Source of the DNA: Acidimicrobiales bacterium
GTDB lineage: Bacteria > Actinomycetota > Acidimicrobiia > Acidimicrobiales > SZUA-35
DNA length: 64,000 bases
Direction: 5' to 3'
Assembly (NCBI GenBank): GCA_965216655.1
Contig: CBDCGP010000058.1
Location: 9,593 to 73,592 of the forward strand
Position numbers and translations under genes: made by a program
The notes under the pieces: generated by a model
The model's input: only the letters and a program-made list of their open reading frames with translations
Databases searched by the model: none
Told to the model about the DNA's origin: nothing
Shown here: positions 61,542 through 64,000 of the stretch, piece after piece
Numbering within the stretch: the first letter of the stretch is position 1
Layout of the letters: each line of letters opens with the position of its first letter

Positions 61542-62444
61542 GTGCTTTCATGGTCCGACGACGAGATCCTGCGGCAGAACGCCTTCGCCTACCTCCGACT
61601 CAAGCGAGATTTGGGTGGCGGGGTCATTCGGTACGAAGACGTCTTCGACTTCGAGTTTCGCGGCACTCGGATTGCGCTCATGGACCCGCAGCGCGGCATA
61701 CGGAAGCCTCGACAGCTCGAAGCAGCACTTTCCTTCCGTACGGTGTTCAGCGCCAAACCGGACGAGCGCCCCTACGACGACGAGCCCGGCGCCGACGGGT
61801 TCCTGCGATACAAGTGGCGAGGGACAGATCCGAACCACCCGGAGAATCGGGCGCTGAGGGTTGCTCAGCGACAGCAGCTCGAACTGATTTGGTTCAACGG
61901 GGTGGCTCAAGGGCTCTATCTACCGGTATTCCCGGTCTGGCTCGTCGCCGAAGAGCCAGAGGAGCATCAGTTCGTCGTCGCGCTCGACAGAGTGGAACTC
62001 GAAGAGTGGACGCCAACCGCTGACAACCCGCTCCTCCGTCGCTACGCCGAGACCGTCACCCAGCAGCGCATCCATCAACCGATGTTCCGGGCCAGGGTGC
62101 TGTCCGCCTACGCGAACAAGTGCACGGTGTGCCGATTCAAACATCGGGCGCTGCTCGACGCCGCCCACATCAAGCCCGACTCAGAGGGCGGCGAACCGGT
62201 CGTCACGAACGGCCTGTCACTTTGCCGAATTCACCACGGCGCCTACGACGAGAACCTCATCGGCATCAGCCCTGACTATCGCATCGAAGTGCGACCCGAT
62301 GTTCTCGAGGAAACCGACGGCCCGACCCTCCAGTATTCGATCAAGGAAATGCATCAACAGCGCATCGAACTACCCCGCCAGCGGGCCGCACGACCCAGCC
62401 GGGAGCTCCTGGCCGAGCGCTTCGAACGATTCCAGACGCCTTGA
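61542..62444 (+). CDS. HNH restriction-type endonuclease
   Basis: R.HQP.FR..VL.AY...C.VC, LLDAAHI, NGL.LC.IHH.AYD; N-terminal GI.KP..L..ALS, Y.D, Y...G motifs suggest a modification-sensing domain. Confidence 0.88.
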   Translation: MLSWSDDEILRQNAFAYLRLKRDLGGGVIRYEDVFDFEFRGTRIALMDPQRGIRKPRQLEAALSFRTVFSAKPDERPYDDEPGADGFLRYKWRGTDPNHPENRALRVAQRQQLELIWFNGVAQGLYLPVFPVWLVAEEPEEHQFVVALDRVELEEWTPTADNPLLRRYAETVTQQRIHQPMFRARVLSAYANKCTVCRFKHRALLDAAHIKPDSEGGEPVVTNGLSLCRIHHGAYDENLIGISPDYRIEVRPDVLEETDGPTLQYSIKEMHQQRIELPRQRAARPSRELLAERFERFQTP

Positions 62445-62692
62445 AATCAAGCTCAATCGTGTGCTTCGCCATGGCAATCCGACTTCGCTGGATCACCCGC
62501 GCCCGGAACCGCACGGTGATGCTGTTCATCCGCCAGACCAAGACGACCGCCGGACGCACCTCGCCCTACCTGTGCGCCGGCACCGCCCAGTACGTTGAGC
62601 ACCAATCCGAGCGGCCGATGCAGATCACGTGGCGGCTCGACCACGCCCTACCCGGCGACGTCTTCACCACCTATCGGGCCGCCGTGGCCTGA
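62441..62692 (+). pseudogene. C-terminal fragment of a DUF3427-type protein
   Basis: LFIR..K.....PY...G.A.YVEH..ERPM.ITWRL...LP, the usual C-terminus of DUF3427 proteins; the rest of the gene is absent. Confidence 0.6.
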
Positions 62693-62718
62693 CAGCTGGG
62701 AACCGATTCCGGTTCAGT

Positions 62719-64000
62719 GGCTCATCGGATTGTTGCGGGGGTGAGGGTGTCGAGGAGGGTCCAGTTGGGTTTGCCGGCGTAGAGGAGGGCACGGATCCGG
62801 TAGTTGCGGAATTGGCGGAACCCGAATCCGATTCGTTTGATGCGTTTCACGAGGTTGTTGATGGCCTCGGTCGGCCCGTTCGACAGTGCGGATCGATGCC
62901 AGTTCGTGATCTGGGTTGACCACCGGGTGATGGTCCGGCCGAGCTGGTTGATCTCCGGTGGCACCGACTGATCCTGGAGATCGGTGGCCAACCGGTCGAC
63001 GAAGGCGACGGCGAGTTCGTGATCGTCGATGTCGTAGATCGATCGGATGACTTCTTTCGAGTGCCAGGCCATGCGGACCTCACCGTGCGGGTCGCCAGCA
63101 CCGAGCAGCCCCAGTAGCTTCGTTCGGCCCTTGTCGTCGAGTCGCTCGTCGGCCTTGGTCAACAGCCGCCGGCATCGATACAGCGGATCGTCTTTGCGGC
63201 CTCGGTGGCCCAATGTTTCGTTCTGGACTCGGCGGCGGACCTCATCAACACGCTGGTTGGCCAGCTTCACCAGGTGGAACGGGTCGGCGACTTGATGGGC
63301 GTCGGGCAGCATCGTGTCGAACGTCGCCCGGTACGGGCCCGAGAGGTCCAACACCCCGAACTCGATCCCGTTGAGCCACTCGCTGCTTCGTTGGGCGAGC
63401 CAGGCCGCTGGTCCGGCTGCACTGCGACCGGCTACGACATCGAGAAGTTGGCCACGGCCGACGTCAACGATCGATGTGCACCAGGCCTGGATCCGCCAGC
63501 GGCCGGTCCGGTTGAACAGCGTCTCGTCCAACCCCAAGCCACGAACCTTGCTGATCCGGTCGGTGTCAGCCGCGAGGAGAGCCTCGCCCCACTCGACGAC
63601 GGTGTCGTTGACGGTGTGCCAGTCACAGCCAAGATCGGTGGCGACCTCTTCGACCGTGCGGCCATGACCGCCGACCTGGCGGCACATCCACCGGGCGGCC
63701 CGGGTTGTCACGAACCGGCCGGCCAACGCCAGCTCATCGTTGGTCTCGGTCCATGAGCCGACCCCACAGTCGCCATCGGGGCATCGCCACCGTCGCTTGC
63801 GCCACCCGAGCCGGGACTGGCGGCCGAATACGGGCAGATCGACATGGGTGACCTCGTCACGATCTTTCAGTTCCGCTGGCCGATCACACCCCTCACATCG
63901 TGGCATCAGTCCGCGTGTCTCGACCTTCACCACCAACGGCTCGCCGGGGCGGTCGATCACCCCCAGCACATCAACATCGGGCAAGCCGACCAGCAGCTCG
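62719..64000 (-). mobile_element. ISL3-family insertion sequence (partial; runs past the window end)
   Basis: Transposase ORF; the element end reads GGCTC at 62719, as is common for ISL3 terminal inverted repeats. Confidence 0.82.
62722..63999 (-). CDS. ISL3-family transposase
   Basis: Zn-finger C..C...DLP...KRRW.C, LGLDE, D.S..Y, DPFHLV, SNGPTEA.NN..K.IKR..FGFR.F.NYR.R. Confidence 0.92.
   Translation of the reverse strand, partial: ELLVGLPDVDVLGVIDRPGEPLVVKVETRGLMPRCEGCDRPAELKDRDEVTHVDLPVFGRQSRLGWRKRRWRCPDGDCGVGSWTETNDELALAGRFVTTRAARWMCRQVGGHGRTVEEVATDLGCDWHTVNDTVVEWGEALLAADTDRISKVRGLGLDETLFNRTGRWRIQAWCTSIVDVGRGQLLDVVAGRSAAGPAAWLAQRSSEWLNGIEFGVLDLSGPYRATFDTMLPDAHQVADPFHLVKLANQRVDEVRRRVQNETLGHRGRKDDPLYRCRRLLTKADERLDDKGRTKLLGLLGAGDPHGEVRMAWHSKEVIRSIYDIDDHELAVAFVDRLATDLQDQSVPPEINQLGRTITRWSTQITNWHRSALSNGPTEAINNLVKRIKRIGFGFRQFRNYRIRALLYAGKPNWTLLDTLTPATIR

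Overview
High-GC actinobacterial-looking DNA (the lineage is only inferred, possibly Acidimicrobiia) in three blocks. (1) 1-16.8 kb: the end of a type III glutamine synthetase (GmaS-like) gene and an XRE-cupin regulator, then a complete isoprene-catabolism-type cluster on the minus strand: isoG-isoH-isoI-isoJ-isoABCDEF, a degenerate aldehyde dehydrogenase, gshB, a CmcJ/NvfI-like oxidoreductase and a MarR regulator. A divergent glutamate-cysteine ligase follows, two copies of a 49-bp palindrome bracket the cluster, and a GH13 amylosucrase-like gene comes next. (2) 16.9-30.3 kb: secreted and lipoprotein hypotheticals, three type II toxin-antitoxin pairs, otsB, and an uncharacterised three-gene operon led by a GHKL-ATPase-like protein. 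(3) 30.3-62.7 kb: a divergently arranged anti-phage island. The plus arm is an expanded class I DISARM locus: vsr, drmD, two tandem drmMI paralogues, a RelE-UvrD fusion, a GmrSD-like DUF262 nuclease, drmA, drmB, drmC and an HNH nuclease. The minus arm is a C5 methyltransferase, two paralogous RpoD-like sigma-70 genes and a second DrmA-like/DrmB-like pair; this arm is the best candidate for an undescribed system. An ISL3 element ends the window. Many single-base frameshifts (17.8-18.3, 27.2-27.4, 42-48 and 53-61 kb) may be assembly errors. I saw no rRNA, tRNA or CRISPR array. All family calls come from motif recognition by eye, not from database searches.
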